Shown here in pieces: positions 38,633 through 48,120 of a stretch of DNA of 64,000 nucleotides; position 1 is the first letter of the stretch; each line of letters begins with the position of its first letter. The translations under genes and the position numbers were made by a program. The stretch comes from Trueperaceae bacterium (GTDB lineage: Bacteria > Deinococcota > Deinococci > Deinococcales > Trueperaceae): assembly GCA_965213705.1 (NCBI GenBank), contig OZ243913.1, positions 2,496,001 to 2,560,000 on the forward strand. The letters are read 5' to 3'. Under the pieces are notes generated by a model, which was not told the origin of the DNA, made no database searches, and was given only the letters and a program-made list of their open reading frames with translations.

Positions 38633-38830
38633 TTATGCGATTTCACCAAAATGATTTTCGAAGCGCACCTGTGCTTTTTGTTTTGTTTCTTTCTGCAACG
38701 CGGTGGATTGATACTGGTCTTCAAGCAATGCTTTAACCAAGTCTTCGGGTGATGTACCGACGGCTTCCGCTCGCTGTTGAATGGCTTTAAAAATACTGTT
38801 GCTCAATTCAAGGTTTAAAATTTGACTCAT
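38633..38830 (-). CDS. small RHH/antitoxin-like protein, possibly truncated
   Basis: L.LELS..I..AI..RA...G.SPE pattern; GAGG SD; low GC. Confidence 0.55.
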   Translation of the reverse strand: MSQILNLELSNSIFKAIQQRAEAVGTSPEDLVKALLEDQYQSTALQKETKQKAQVRFENHFGEIA

Positions 38831-38907
38831 GATGCACCTCGACGACTTGTACGATTTTAGCACCCGCGAACAAGTTGAGAAATACCGTCTTCACTTAACC
38901 TGCTTCT

Positions 38908-39153
38908 TCACTCGCAAACGGTGGCTGCCTTCAGCATATCAGCAAACAGTTGCCAAGAAGGTTCTTCCAAATTGATGGTCTTAGACGTGTTTTCGTAGTA
39001 TTTCTCAGCATCGGAAAGCCAAGCAACCATCGCTTGCAAGTATGAAGATGTCTTGTCGTTCTCCCATTCGCTTGCCTCGGCCTGGTCGAGCAACTTGCGC
39101 AACGCACAAATGAAATCATCTTTTGTATTTACAATAGCCGGTTCCGAGGTCAT
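38908..39153 (-). CDS. hypothetical protein (WEN..YL.A..AWL....PSW..FA..L family)
   Basis: Acidic 81-aa ORF in a low-GC island; TATAGT upstream. Confidence 0.7.
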   Translation of the reverse strand: MTSEPAIVNTKDDFICALRKLLDQAEASEWENDKTSSYLQAMVAWLSDAEKYYENTSKTINLEEPSWQLFADMLKAATVCE

Positions 39154-39277
39154 ACGCCTCGCACTATAACTATAGGATTACTCTTATACCAGCAAACGAA
39201 TGACCAGAAAACTTGACGCTTTGACCTATTTCTTAGAAGCTGAACGGGGCTGCTCAGTTTCCCTCGCAACGCCTAGT

Positions 39278-39619
39278 TTAGACCACACCATAGAGTAAAG
39301 CTTGGTAATCTTCAAGAGAGTATCCATCACAAGAGTTAGGATGTATTTCCCTCAAATAGCGCCAGTTTGCCAGCTTCACATCGTCGATCAAAATTTGCGG
39401 TTTGGGCAAAAATCCTTCAAAACAATCTTCAATATCAAGTTCTCGAGCAGACGCACGGGCATAGTCAGCCCCGCCCGAACTCCAACAATACAGAACCGCT
39501 CCTTGCTCATGGAGCTTTTTCACATGTTTGATTACATTCGGTACAGGTATACGCTTTGTGCCGTAATTCCTGACGAGGGTTTCGTCAACGTCTATATAAA
39601 CGTAAAGGGGTCTGCTCAT
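39278..39619 (-). CDS. minimal HAD-superfamily hydrolase
   Basis: YIDVDETL motif I, WSSGG, LPKP, IDD. Confidence 0.8.
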   Translation of the reverse strand: MSRPLYVYIDVDETLVRNYGTKRIPVPNVIKHVKKLHEQGAVLYCWSSGGADYARASARELDIEDCFEGFLPKPQILIDDVKLANWRYLREIHPNSCDGYSLEDYQALLYGVV

Positions 39620-39769
39620 GGTAGATAGGAAATTCAACTACAACTATACTGCAGTCTAAGGTATGACTCTGCTGACATCTACAAAATAGTTCAAAGCTCG
39701 GGAGTTTGTCACAACCAAGAAGGTCTAAACTCGAGCCACCGTTCTCACAGCAAAGAAAAGGGGCCAAAG

Positions 39770-41362
39770 ATGACGGACGCCTACCAGCAACCCTGCGACG
39801 AGGGCGTTATCCGCTCGGGCCAAGAGACACCCTGCGAGCCTAACGCAAAACCTTGGGTGCTCGCAGCGACGATTCTGGGCTCGTCAATGGTGTTCATCAA
39901 TGCCTCGACCGTTAACGTGGCGCTGCCCGCGCTGCAGGGGGCGCTCGGGGCCTCGGTCGTAGACGTGCAGTGGGTGGTGAACGCCTACACCCTGTTTTTG
40001 GCGGCGCTCATCCTTACCGGCGGCTCGCTCGGCGACCGGCTGGGGCGCAAGCGGGTGTTTTTAACGGGCGTGGTCGTCTTTACGGCGGCCTCGGTGTGGT
40101 GCGGGCTCGCGCCGAATGTGGGACAACTCATCGCGGCGCGGGCGGTGCAGGGCGTCGGCGGGGCGCTCCTCACGCCGGGCAGTCTGGCGATGATCAGCGC
40201 GGCCTTTCCTGCCGGCGAGCGGGGCGGGGCCATCGGACTGTGGTCGGGCGCGTCGGCACTCACCTCGGCGCTGGGGCCGCTGCTGGGCGGGTTCCTCATC
40301 GACACGGTGTCGTGGCGCTGGATATTTTTCATCACCGTGCCTTTTGCGGTCGCGGTGCTCGTCATCACGCTGTGGCGCGTGCCAGAGAGCAGGGACGAGG
40401 AGACGACGGGCGGGCTGGACTTTTGGGGCGCGGCGTTGGCAACGCTCGGGTTGGCCGGGGTGACGTACGGGCTCTTGGAGTCCTCCAACCGCGGCTTCGG
40501 CGACCCGCTCGTTTTGACGGCGTTCGGGCTGGGCGTCGCCGCGCTGGTGAGTTTTATCCTCGTCGAAAAACGGCTCGCCTCACCGATGGTTCCCTTGGAG
40601 CTTTTTTCGTCGCGCACCTTCAGCGGCGCGAACCTCCTCACATTGTTTCTTTACACCGCGTTCGGCGGGGCGCTGTTTTTTCTGCCCTTCAACCTCATCC
40701 AGGTGCAGGGCTACTCGGCGACGGCAGCGGGGGCGGCGTTTTTGCCCACTGTCTTGCTGTTGTCGCTGTTGTCGCGCTTTTCGGGCGGACTGGTCGCGCG
40801 GGTCGGGGCGAAGCTGCCCTTGGTCGTCGGGCCGCTCGTCGTAGCGGCGGGTTTGCTGCTGCTTATGCTGCCGGGCGTGGGCGGCAGTTACTGGACGACG
40901 TTCTTTCCCGGCCTGGTCGTGCTCGGCCTGGGCATGGCGGTCAGCGTCGCGCCCCTGACAACCGCCGTGATGAGCGCGGTCGCCGACCACTACGCGGGCA
41001 CCGCGTCGGGCGTCAACAACGCGGTCTCGAGGGTCGCCGGACTCCTCGCCGTGGCCCTGCTGGGCATCGTGATGGTGTTGGTGTTCAACAACGCGCTGGA
41101 CTCTCGGCTCGAGCCCCTCAACCTCTCCCAACAAGTTCAAGAAACGCTTCTCACCGAGCGCGGCGACCTGGCCGGGATGAGCGTGCCGGAAGGCGTGTCG
41201 CCGGAGCTGAAAACGGGGCTCGAGACGGCCATCGACCAATCCTTCGTGGCAGGTTTTAGGATCATCATGCTGGTGACGGCGGCGCTCGCCGTGGCCGGGG
41301 CGCTCACCTCGTGGCTTATGATTGAGGGGAAAGTCGACGAGGAGGCACAACGTGGCGTGTGA
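39770..41362 (+). CDS. DHA2-type (14-TM) MFS transporter
   Basis: TVNVALP, QWVVNAY.L, G.LGDRLGRKR, RAVQGVGGA, LGP.LGG. Confidence 0.93.
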   Translation: MTDAYQQPCDEGVIRSGQETPCEPNAKPWVLAATILGSSMVFINASTVNVALPALQGALGASVVDVQWVVNAYTLFLAALILTGGSLGDRLGRKRVFLTGVVVFTAASVWCGLAPNVGQLIAARAVQGVGGALLTPGSLAMISAAFPAGERGGAIGLWSGASALTSALGPLLGGFLIDTVSWRWIFFITVPFAVAVLVITLWRVPESRDEETTGGLDFWGAALATLGLAGVTYGLLESSNRGFGDPLVLTAFGLGVAALVSFILVEKRLASPMVPLELFSSRTFSGANLLTLFLYTAFGGALFFLPFNLIQVQGYSATAAGAAFLPTVLLLSLLSRFSGGLVARVGAKLPLVVGPLVVAAGLLLLMLPGVGGSYWTTFFPGLVVLGLGMAVSVAPLTTAVMSAVADHYAGTASGVNNAVSRVAGLLAVALLGIVMVLVFNNALDSRLEPLNLSQQVQETLLTERGDLAGMSVPEGVSPELKTGLETAIDQSFVAGFRIIMLVTAALAVAGALTSWLMIEGKVDEEAQRGV

Positions 41363-41639
41363 GCATTTTGAGGGTCTCGAGCCCGTAATTCCGAACAGCG
41401 CGGGCTGCCAGGCGTGCCTGGACCTGGGCGACACCTGGGTCCACTTGCGGATGTGTTTGGTGTGCGGCAACGTCGGCTGTTGCGACTCTTCGAAAAACAA
41501 ACACGCGACGGCGCATTTTCACGCGACCCGGCACCCGGTGATGCAGTCGTTCGAACCCCGCGAAACGTGGGGTTGGTGCTACCTGGACGAGGTAGCGGCG
41601 AAGGGCTTGCCGTCCCTGCGAAAGCCTGCCGGTGGCTGA
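41352..41639 (+). CDS. stand-alone UBP-type zinc finger protein
   Basis: CEH...CQAC...WVHLRMCLVCG.VGCCDSSKNKHATAHFH...HP......W.WCY.D. Confidence 0.92.
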   Translation: MACEHFEGLEPVIPNSAGCQACLDLGDTWVHLRMCLVCGNVGCCDSSKNKHATAHFHATRHPVMQSFEPRETWGWCYLDEVAAKGLPSLRKPAGG

Positions 41640-42294
41640 CAAACTCCGCACCTACGCGGCGGACGGGGTGACGGTCACCTGGAGCGCGGTGCGCTGCATC
41701 CACTTTCAGGCCTGCGTGCGCGGCCTGCCGGAGGTGTTCGACACCAACCGGAAACCGTGGATTCAGCCGGGCGAGGCTGTGGGAGAGGCCGTGCTCGAGA
41801 CCGTCCTGCGCTGCCCGACGGGCGCGCTGCATGTTGAGAGTGGGGATGGCCTAAGCGAACCGGTGCTGAGGGAAATGGTGCCCAGCGAGAACACCGTCAC
41901 CGTCGCCCCCGACGGGCCGCTCTACGTCCGCGGCGACGTGGTGCTGAAAAACAGCGCGGGCGAAACCCTCCTGCGCGACACCCGCATCGCGCTGTGCCGC
42001 TGCGGCGCGTCGGCGCACAAACCGTTTTGCGACGGCAGCCATACCAAGGCCGAGTTTCGGGACCCAGGCTCGCTGGCACAGAACAAGTTGCAAGCCGACG
42101 TTGGAACTGGCGGTGTCAGCTTCACCTCAGTCAAAGACGGCCCCTTGCGCCTCAGCGGGCCGCTAACGCTGCGCTCGGTCGACGGCGCGACGGTTTACGA
42201 GGGCTCCGGCGGCGCACTGTGTCGCTGCGGCGCGTCCGAACACAAACCCTTTTGCGACGGTACGCACGCCGAAGTTGGGTTCGAAGCGGACTGA
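41632..42294 (+). CDS. YjdI-like Fe-S domain + two CDGSH iron-sulfur domains
   Basis: CIH...C..GLP.VF...KPWI...CPTGAL; LCRCG.S.HKPFCDG[ST]H twice. Confidence 0.92.
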   Translation: MADKLRTYAADGVTVTWSAVRCIHFQACVRGLPEVFDTNRKPWIQPGEAVGEAVLETVLRCPTGALHVESGDGLSEPVLREMVPSENTVTVAPDGPLYVRGDVVLKNSAGETLLRDTRIALCRCGASAHKPFCDGSHTKAEFRDPGSLAQNKLQADVGTGGVSFTSVKDGPLRLSGPLTLRSVDGATVYEGSGGALCRCGASEHKPFCDGTHAEVGFEAD

Positions 42295-42423
42295 GGCGGG
42301 GCACGTCGCCTTTTGCCCGGCAGCCCACGGTCGTCCGGCAGCACCTTCTGTTAACATCAGGCCAGTAAACGGTTAAGCTTCAAAGGGAGGCGCACACGTG
42401 GGAGACACAGAGAGGTTTGGACG

Positions 42424-43350
42424 ATGAAACTCGGCATGGTGGGACTGGGCAAGATGGGCGCGAACATGGTGACGCGGCTGCTGTTGGGCGAGCACCAGGT
42501 CGTCGCCACCGACCTGGCGCAAACGGCGGTCGAAGCGGTCGTCGCAGAAGGCGCGGAGGGTGCGAAAACGCTGGGCGAACTCGTCGACAAACTCCAAGCT
42601 CCCAAGGTCGTCTGGTTGATGTTGCCCTCGGGCGGCCCGACCGAAGGGGTGTTCACCCAGTGTTTGGACCTGCTCGAAAAAGGCGACATCATCGTCGACG
42701 GAGCCAACTCCAACTGGCACGATTCGATGGCGCGGGCCAAGGTTGCCCAGGAGCACGGCCTTCACTTCGTCGACTGCGGCGTTTCGGGCGGGGTGTGGGG
42801 CCTCAAAGAAGGTTATAACCTCATGGTCGGCGCGTCGGACACGGCGTTCAACATCGTCGAACCGGCGCTGAAAACCTTAGCGCCCGAAAACGGCTACGCG
42901 CACCTGGGGCCGAGCGGGTCGGGACATTTTGTGAAGATGATTCACAACGGCATCGAGTACGCGATGATGCAGGCTTACGGCGAGGGCTTCGAGGCGATGT
43001 CCGTGTTTCCGCACGCACACCTGGACTTAGACCGGATTGCCGAGCTGTGGCTGCACGGCAGCGTCATCCGCTCGTGGCTGTTAGAACTCGCCGCCGACGC
43101 CTTTTCCAAGGACGCCCGTTTCGACAACATCGAGGACTACGTCAACGACTCGGGCATGGGCCGCTGGACGGTCCAGTACGGCCTCGACAACGCGGTGCCG
43201 CTGCCCGCGATTACCGCCGCGCTGTTTGCGCGCTTCAGCAGCCGCCAGAGCGAGTCGTTCTCGGCCAAGCTCGCCGCCGCGCTCCGCAACGAGTTCGGCG
43301 GGCACGCGGTGAAGGTCAAAGACGACGCGCCGGTGGCGGAAAAAGTTTGA
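42424..43350 (+). CDS. gnd: 6-phosphogluconate dehydrogenase (decarboxylating, short type)
   Basis: GLGKMG, GVSGGVWG, GHFVKMIHNGIEY, RNEFGGH. Confidence 0.96.
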   Translation: MKLGMVGLGKMGANMVTRLLLGEHQVVATDLAQTAVEAVVAEGAEGAKTLGELVDKLQAPKVVWLMLPSGGPTEGVFTQCLDLLEKGDIIVDGANSNWHDSMARAKVAQEHGLHFVDCGVSGGVWGLKEGYNLMVGASDTAFNIVEPALKTLAPENGYAHLGPSGSGHFVKMIHNGIEYAMMQAYGEGFEAMSVFPHAHLDLDRIAELWLHGSVIRSWLLELAADAFSKDARFDNIEDYVNDSGMGRWTVQYGLDNAVPLPAITAALFARFSSRQSESFSAKLAAALRNEFGGHAVKVKDDAPVAEKV

Positions 43351-43469
43351 GGCGGAGCCGGACTCCCCTGACTCGAGGTTCTTCGTCGCTCGTTTTTCGC
43401 AGTTCGCAAGCTGTTCAAAAACAAACGACGAAGAACTAATTACGAACAACCTTTCCCTCGGAGGACCGT

Positions 43470-44936
43470 GTGAAAACCCCACCCTGCGCCTTTGTCATCT
43501 TCGGCATCACCGGCGACCTGAGCGCGCGCAAGCTCGTACCCGCGCTGTACCGGCTTCACGTCAACGGTGACCTCGGTGCCAAAACCCAAATTGTCGGCTT
43601 TGCGCGGAGCGACCTAGACGACGACGGTCTGCGCGCGCGACTGGAAGAGGCACTTGTTGAATACGTCGAGGACTTCGACGCCTCGGTTTGGAAAAAGCTC
43701 GCCGCGCGGATAAGTTACGTCAACGCTACGGCCTACGACAAGGCTGAAGACTTCGCCAAGCTCAAAGAGCACCTGGAAAAGCTGGGGCTGAAAAACCACG
43801 TTTTTTACACGGCGACGCCGCCCGGCGCTTACGCGGGCATCGTCCGCTGTTTGGCCGACGCCGGGTTGGACGCGTCCGACGGGGGCTGGGTGCGGCTCGT
43901 CGTCGAGAAACCGTTCGGCGACGACCTCAAAAGCGCGCAGGAACTCAACAAACACGTCCTCGAGCACTTCTCCGAAAATCAGGTTTACCGCATCGACCAC
44001 TACCTCGCCAAAGAAACCGCCCAAAACCTCTCGGCACTCCGCTTCGCCAACGCCATGTTCGAGCCCGTCTGGAGCAACCGCTACATCGACCACGTGCAAA
44101 TCACCATGATGGAAAAGGTGGGTGTCGAGGGGCGCGGCAGTTTTTACGAGGAGGCGGGCGTCATCCGCGACGTGTTCCAGAACCACCTGCTGCAACTCGT
44201 CGCGCTCGTGGCGATGGAGCCGCCCGCCCGGTGGGACGCTGGCAGCGTGCGCAACGAAAAAGTCAAGGTGTTCGACGCGATGGCTTGCCTCGAGCCCGAA
44301 GACGCCGTGCTCGGCCAGTACAAGGCGAACGGCAAAACCAAGGGCTACCGCCAGGAAGAGGGGGTCGATCCCAAGTCGAACCAGGCCACTTACGCCGCCG
44401 CCGAATTTCGGATTCACAACTGGCGCTGGGAGGGCGTGCCGTTTTTTGTGCGCAGCGGCAAACGCTTAGAGGGCAAGTCGAGCGAAATCGTGTTGAGGTT
44501 TAAGAAGCCGCCGCACATTCCGTTCAAGCTCGAGGACCCCCTCAAAGCCGACCGACTGGTGCTGCGGCTCGTCCCGAACGAAGGCATCTCGCTCCGCTTC
44601 AACGCCAAGGAGCCGGGGCAGAGCCTTGACTTAGAGCGGGCCAGCATGGACTTTTACTACGACCGGGCGTTCGACCGGCCCACCCCCGACGCCTACGAGA
44701 CCCTCCTGTTGGACGTGATGCAGGGCGACGCGACCCTGTTCATGCGCGCCGACGAGGTCGAGGCGCAGTGGCGCGTGGTCGAGCCGTTGCTGGCTTACTG
44801 GGAACAGGGCAGCCACAAACCCGCCCTTTACAAAGCGGGCAGCAAAGGCCCACAGGAAGCGGACGACCTTTTGGAACGCGTCGGCCGCTATTGGCACAAG
44901 CCCGACGAGGGCAAGCCGGAGACGGCGGCGGTTTGA
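43470..44936 (+). CDS. zwf: glucose-6-phosphate 1-dehydrogenase
   Basis: GITGDL, EKPFG, RIDHYLAKE, QNHLLQ, RWEGVPF. Confidence 0.97.
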   Translation: MKTPPCAFVIFGITGDLSARKLVPALYRLHVNGDLGAKTQIVGFARSDLDDDGLRARLEEALVEYVEDFDASVWKKLAARISYVNATAYDKAEDFAKLKEHLEKLGLKNHVFYTATPPGAYAGIVRCLADAGLDASDGGWVRLVVEKPFGDDLKSAQELNKHVLEHFSENQVYRIDHYLAKETAQNLSALRFANAMFEPVWSNRYIDHVQITMMEKVGVEGRGSFYEEAGVIRDVFQNHLLQLVALVAMEPPARWDAGSVRNEKVKVFDAMACLEPEDAVLGQYKANGKTKGYRQEEGVDPKSNQATYAAAEFRIHNWRWEGVPFFVRSGKRLEGKSSEIVLRFKKPPHIPFKLEDPLKADRLVLRLVPNEGISLRFNAKEPGQSLDLERASMDFYYDRAFDRPTPDAYETLLLDVMQGDATLFMRADEVEAQWRVVEPLLAYWEQGSHKPALYKAGSKGPQEADDLLERVGRYWHKPDEGKPETAAV

Positions 44937-45060
44937 GAAGAGGGTAAGGGGGTAAAGAGTGAGAGCTTCTACCCCCTACTCGAAATATGAATAAGAACAT
45001 CCGACCGCGCATACCTATTCATTTTTGCGTCTGTGACGCAGTTTGTGATACATTGACATC

Positions 45061-45945
45061 ATGGCGGACGTTCATATTTTGGGTGTGCCGATGGACCTGG
45101 GCGCGGGGCGACGCGGGGTCGACATGGGGCCGAGCGCATTGCGGCTTGCGAAACTCGCGTCGGTCTTAACCGGGGCCGGACACAAGCTTACCGACCTCGG
45201 CAACGTCACGTTGCCGGTGCCCGAGGCGGTCCCCGACGTCAACGGGTTGCACTACCTCGAGTATATCGCCGACGCTTGCCGCCAGACGTGCCACACCCTG
45301 CGCGACTTACCCACATCCGCGTTTCCCATCGTGCTGGGCGGCGACCACTCGATTTCGATGGGCAGCGTGTCCGGGGTCAAGCGCACTGGACGCACCGGCG
45401 TGCTGTGGATAGACGCCCACACCGACGTGAACGTCCCCGCCACCAGCCCGAGCGGCAACATCCACGGGATGCCGCTGGCCCACCTGCTGGGCCACGGCGA
45501 CGAACGGCTGTTAGACATCTGGGGCGGCGGGGCGGCGGTCCGACCCGAAGACGTCGTGTTTGTCGGGCTGCGCAGCGTGGACGAGGGCGAGCGGGACTTT
45601 ATCCGCGGGCAGGGCATCAAGGCTTACACGATGAAAGAAATCGACCGGCGCGGCATCGCCGAGGTTGCCGAGGAGGCCTTGGGGCACCTGAGCCGAGTCG
45701 ACCGGCTTCACGTCTCTTTCGACGCCGACGCGCTCGACCCCAGCGTCGCGCCGGGCGTGGGTACGCCCGTTCCCGGCGGCCTCACCTACCGCGAGGCGCA
45801 CCTGTTCATGGAGCTGCTGGCTGACGCTGCGGTAGTGACCAGCCTCGACCTCGTCGAAGTAAACCCGATTTTGGATGTGCAGAACAAGACCGCGCAAATC
45901 ATGGTGGAGATGACGGCGAGTCTGTTGGGCAAGGCGATTTTGTAG
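45061..45945 (+). CDS. rocF: arginase
   Basis: GVDMGP, LGGDHS, DAHTD, SGNIHGMP, SFDAD.LDP, EVNP. Confidence 0.95.
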   Translation: MADVHILGVPMDLGAGRRGVDMGPSALRLAKLASVLTGAGHKLTDLGNVTLPVPEAVPDVNGLHYLEYIADACRQTCHTLRDLPTSAFPIVLGGDHSISMGSVSGVKRTGRTGVLWIDAHTDVNVPATSPSGNIHGMPLAHLLGHGDERLLDIWGGGAAVRPEDVVFVGLRSVDEGERDFIRGQGIKAYTMKEIDRRGIAEVAEEALGHLSRVDRLHVSFDADALDPSVAPGVGTPVPGGLTYREAHLFMELLADAAVVTSLDLVEVNPILDVQNKTAQIMVEMTASLLGKAIL

Positions 45946-46007
45946 CTTGTGACACGTAGCCGGTAAGTTTTCTACGAGCTACAGGCCACACGCCACAGGC
46001 CCGGTTT

Positions 46008-46907
46008 TTAAGAAGCCGCCGGGCTCAACCCCGAAAACGCTTGCCGGATGCGCGGGATGAAGGCCTCGAGCGCCCGCTCACCCGCATGAATCGCCTGCTC
46101 GGCGCGGTGAAAACCGAGCCAGCTGATAGGCGGGTTGGTGTGAACCTGCAAACTGTCCTCACGTTCGGGTTGCGGCAAATAGGTGTTGGCGGTGTAAGCC
46201 AGACCGCGCCCCAAGCGCGACAAGGGATGCGTCGCGACCGAGTCGTGGAGGTTGCGGTGGAGGCGTTTGCCGAATTCGGTGCTCAAGAACCGCTGTGCGG
46301 CCTGGATGACGGCCGAGTCGTCGCAGGTCGTGCCCGCGCCGATGCCGATGGCTAGGTCAACACCGACGCCGGTCAGCGTGTCGAGCGGCACCGGCGAGCC
46401 CAGACCGCCGTCGACGAGGCGACGGCCACCTATTTCGACCGGCGCGAAGATGCCCGGCAGCGACGAAGAGGCGCGCACCGCGCGGGCGACCGAGCCTTCG
46501 GTAATCACAACGCGCTCGCCGCTGTCTACGTCGGTTGCCACGACGAGAAGCTGTTTGTCCAGGTCTGCAAAGTGCCGACCCTCCAAAATGCGGTCGAAGT
46601 AGGCCTCTAACTTGTCGCCCTGAAACAGCGCCGCCCGGTGCAGCCCGAAGTCGGTGACGCTCGGCAACAGGTCGCGGCGGCGCAGTTGGCCGGCCTCGCG
46701 CGTCATCCGCTCGACCGAATGGCCCGAAGCGTACAGCGCGCCGACAACCGCGCCAAAACTGGTTCCGGCGATGACGTCGGGAGGAAAACCGTGGCGTTCC
46801 AGAGAAGTGAGCGCGCCGATGTGGGCGTAGCCCCGAGCGCTGCCGCCGCCGAGCGCGACGCCTATCCTGACGGGTTTAGAGTAGGGTTGAGAAACTGCGG
46901 TAGACAC
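46008..46907 (-). CDS. patatin-like phospholipase
   Basis: GGGSARG.AHIG, GTSFG, DGG; start placed at the GTG 7 nt after TATAGT. Confidence 0.92.
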   Translation of the reverse strand: MSTAVSQPYSKPVRIGVALGGGSARGYAHIGALTSLERHGFPPDVIAGTSFGAVVGALYASGHSVERMTREAGQLRRRDLLPSVTDFGLHRAALFQGDKLEAYFDRILEGRHFADLDKQLLVVATDVDSGERVVITEGSVARAVRASSSLPGIFAPVEIGGRRLVDGGLGSPVPLDTLTGVGVDLAIGIGAGTTCDDSAVIQAAQRFLSTEFGKRLHRNLHDSVATHPLSRLGRGLAYTANTYLPQPEREDSLQVHTNPPISWLGFHRAEQAIHAGERALEAFIPRIRQAFSGLSPAAS

Positions 46908-47083
46908 AGTTGGCACTATAAAAAACCTCTTATGACAAAACTCTTACGGTAAAGACGCACTCAGTCCGGGAACAGCTTACCGGCGAACGAGGTCGCCGCG
47001 GTACTTACAGCGATAGTACCTTTTTTCCCCAGCCATGTAAGGTGTAAGGCTCACGGCGACGGCAGGTGTGTCAGACTTTTCCC

Positions 47084-48019
47084 ATGTCGCCCGTTACCTC
47101 GTCAGCCGTCGCTACGTCAGCCGGTAACACGTCAGCCGGTAGCACGTCCGACACGCTCAGCGTCGTCGTCACCCACTACCGGACGCCCGAGCTGCTGCTC
47201 GAGTGCCTGCAGAAACTTGCCATGCACGTCCCGGAGGCGGCCGTCCTCGTCGTCGATACCGGGGGCAGGGCGGCCGAGCTGGCGGACGCGAAACGGCTGT
47301 TTCCGGCGGTGCGTTTTACCAAAACCGTCAACCACAGCCTGGCGAACGCCGTAAACACCGGCCTCAAGCAAACGACGACCCCGTTCGTGCTGCAAATGAA
47401 CGCGGACGTGATGCTGACAGCAGGTGTGGTCGAGGCGATGCTGGCACGTTTTGCAACCGCCGAGGTGGGGATGGTCGGGCCGCGCTGCCGTAACCCGGCC
47501 GGGAAGTGGCAAGACCAGGGACTTTTTTACCGACCCTACTACGCGGCTTTGACCCTGAGCGAACGGCGCGCCGTGCGGGTACCGTGGCTGTCGGGTTGTT
47601 GCCAACTGGTGCGGCGCGAGGTGGTGGACCGCGTCGGCGGCATGAACAGCAGTTTGCGGTTTTACAACGAAGACGTCGAGTGGTGCTGGCGGTTGCGGCG
47701 GGCCGGGTATCGTTGCGAGCTGGTGCGCGAGGCCGTGCTCCACGTCGGAGGCGCTTCCACGCCCCCCGACGACCGCTTTTTGATTGAGGGGTTGCGCGGC
47801 GGTATGGTGCTGTCCCGCCGGTACCGCCCCAAACTCTACCGCGCCCTGCACGCCTACGGTGTGCACGCCCACGCTGCTTGGCAAAGCGGGGTGACCGAGC
47901 CAAAGACCGGTGACAGGTCTGTTCACCAAAAAGTCACCCACATGTTTGGCGCGGGGCAGTTTGACGAAAGCCCGTTCGGAGCCACCTTGACCGAAGACAA
48001 CCCGGCTTTTACAAATTAA
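47084..48019 (+). CDS. glycosyltransferase family 2
   Basis: VVVTHY, VVD, N.G, MNAD, W.SG.C.L.R, Y.EDVEW..R. Confidence 0.88.
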   Translation: MSPVTSSAVATSAGNTSAGSTSDTLSVVVTHYRTPELLLECLQKLAMHVPEAAVLVVDTGGRAAELADAKRLFPAVRFTKTVNHSLANAVNTGLKQTTTPFVLQMNADVMLTAGVVEAMLARFATAEVGMVGPRCRNPAGKWQDQGLFYRPYYAALTLSERRAVRVPWLSGCCQLVRREVVDRVGGMNSSLRFYNEDVEWCWRLRRAGYRCELVREAVLHVGGASTPPDDRFLIEGLRGGMVLSRRYRPKLYRALHAYGVHAHAAWQSGVTEPKTGDRSVHQKVTHMFGAGQFDESPFGATLTEDNPAFTN

Positions 48020-48120
48020 AACGCGTTCTTGGCTACTTGCTCGAGGCTTTTTGTAACCTGAACCTTTTCCCCAGTGATATTGACCTCTCGGCACGTTCGG
48101 GGGAGTGCTAAACTCGGAAG

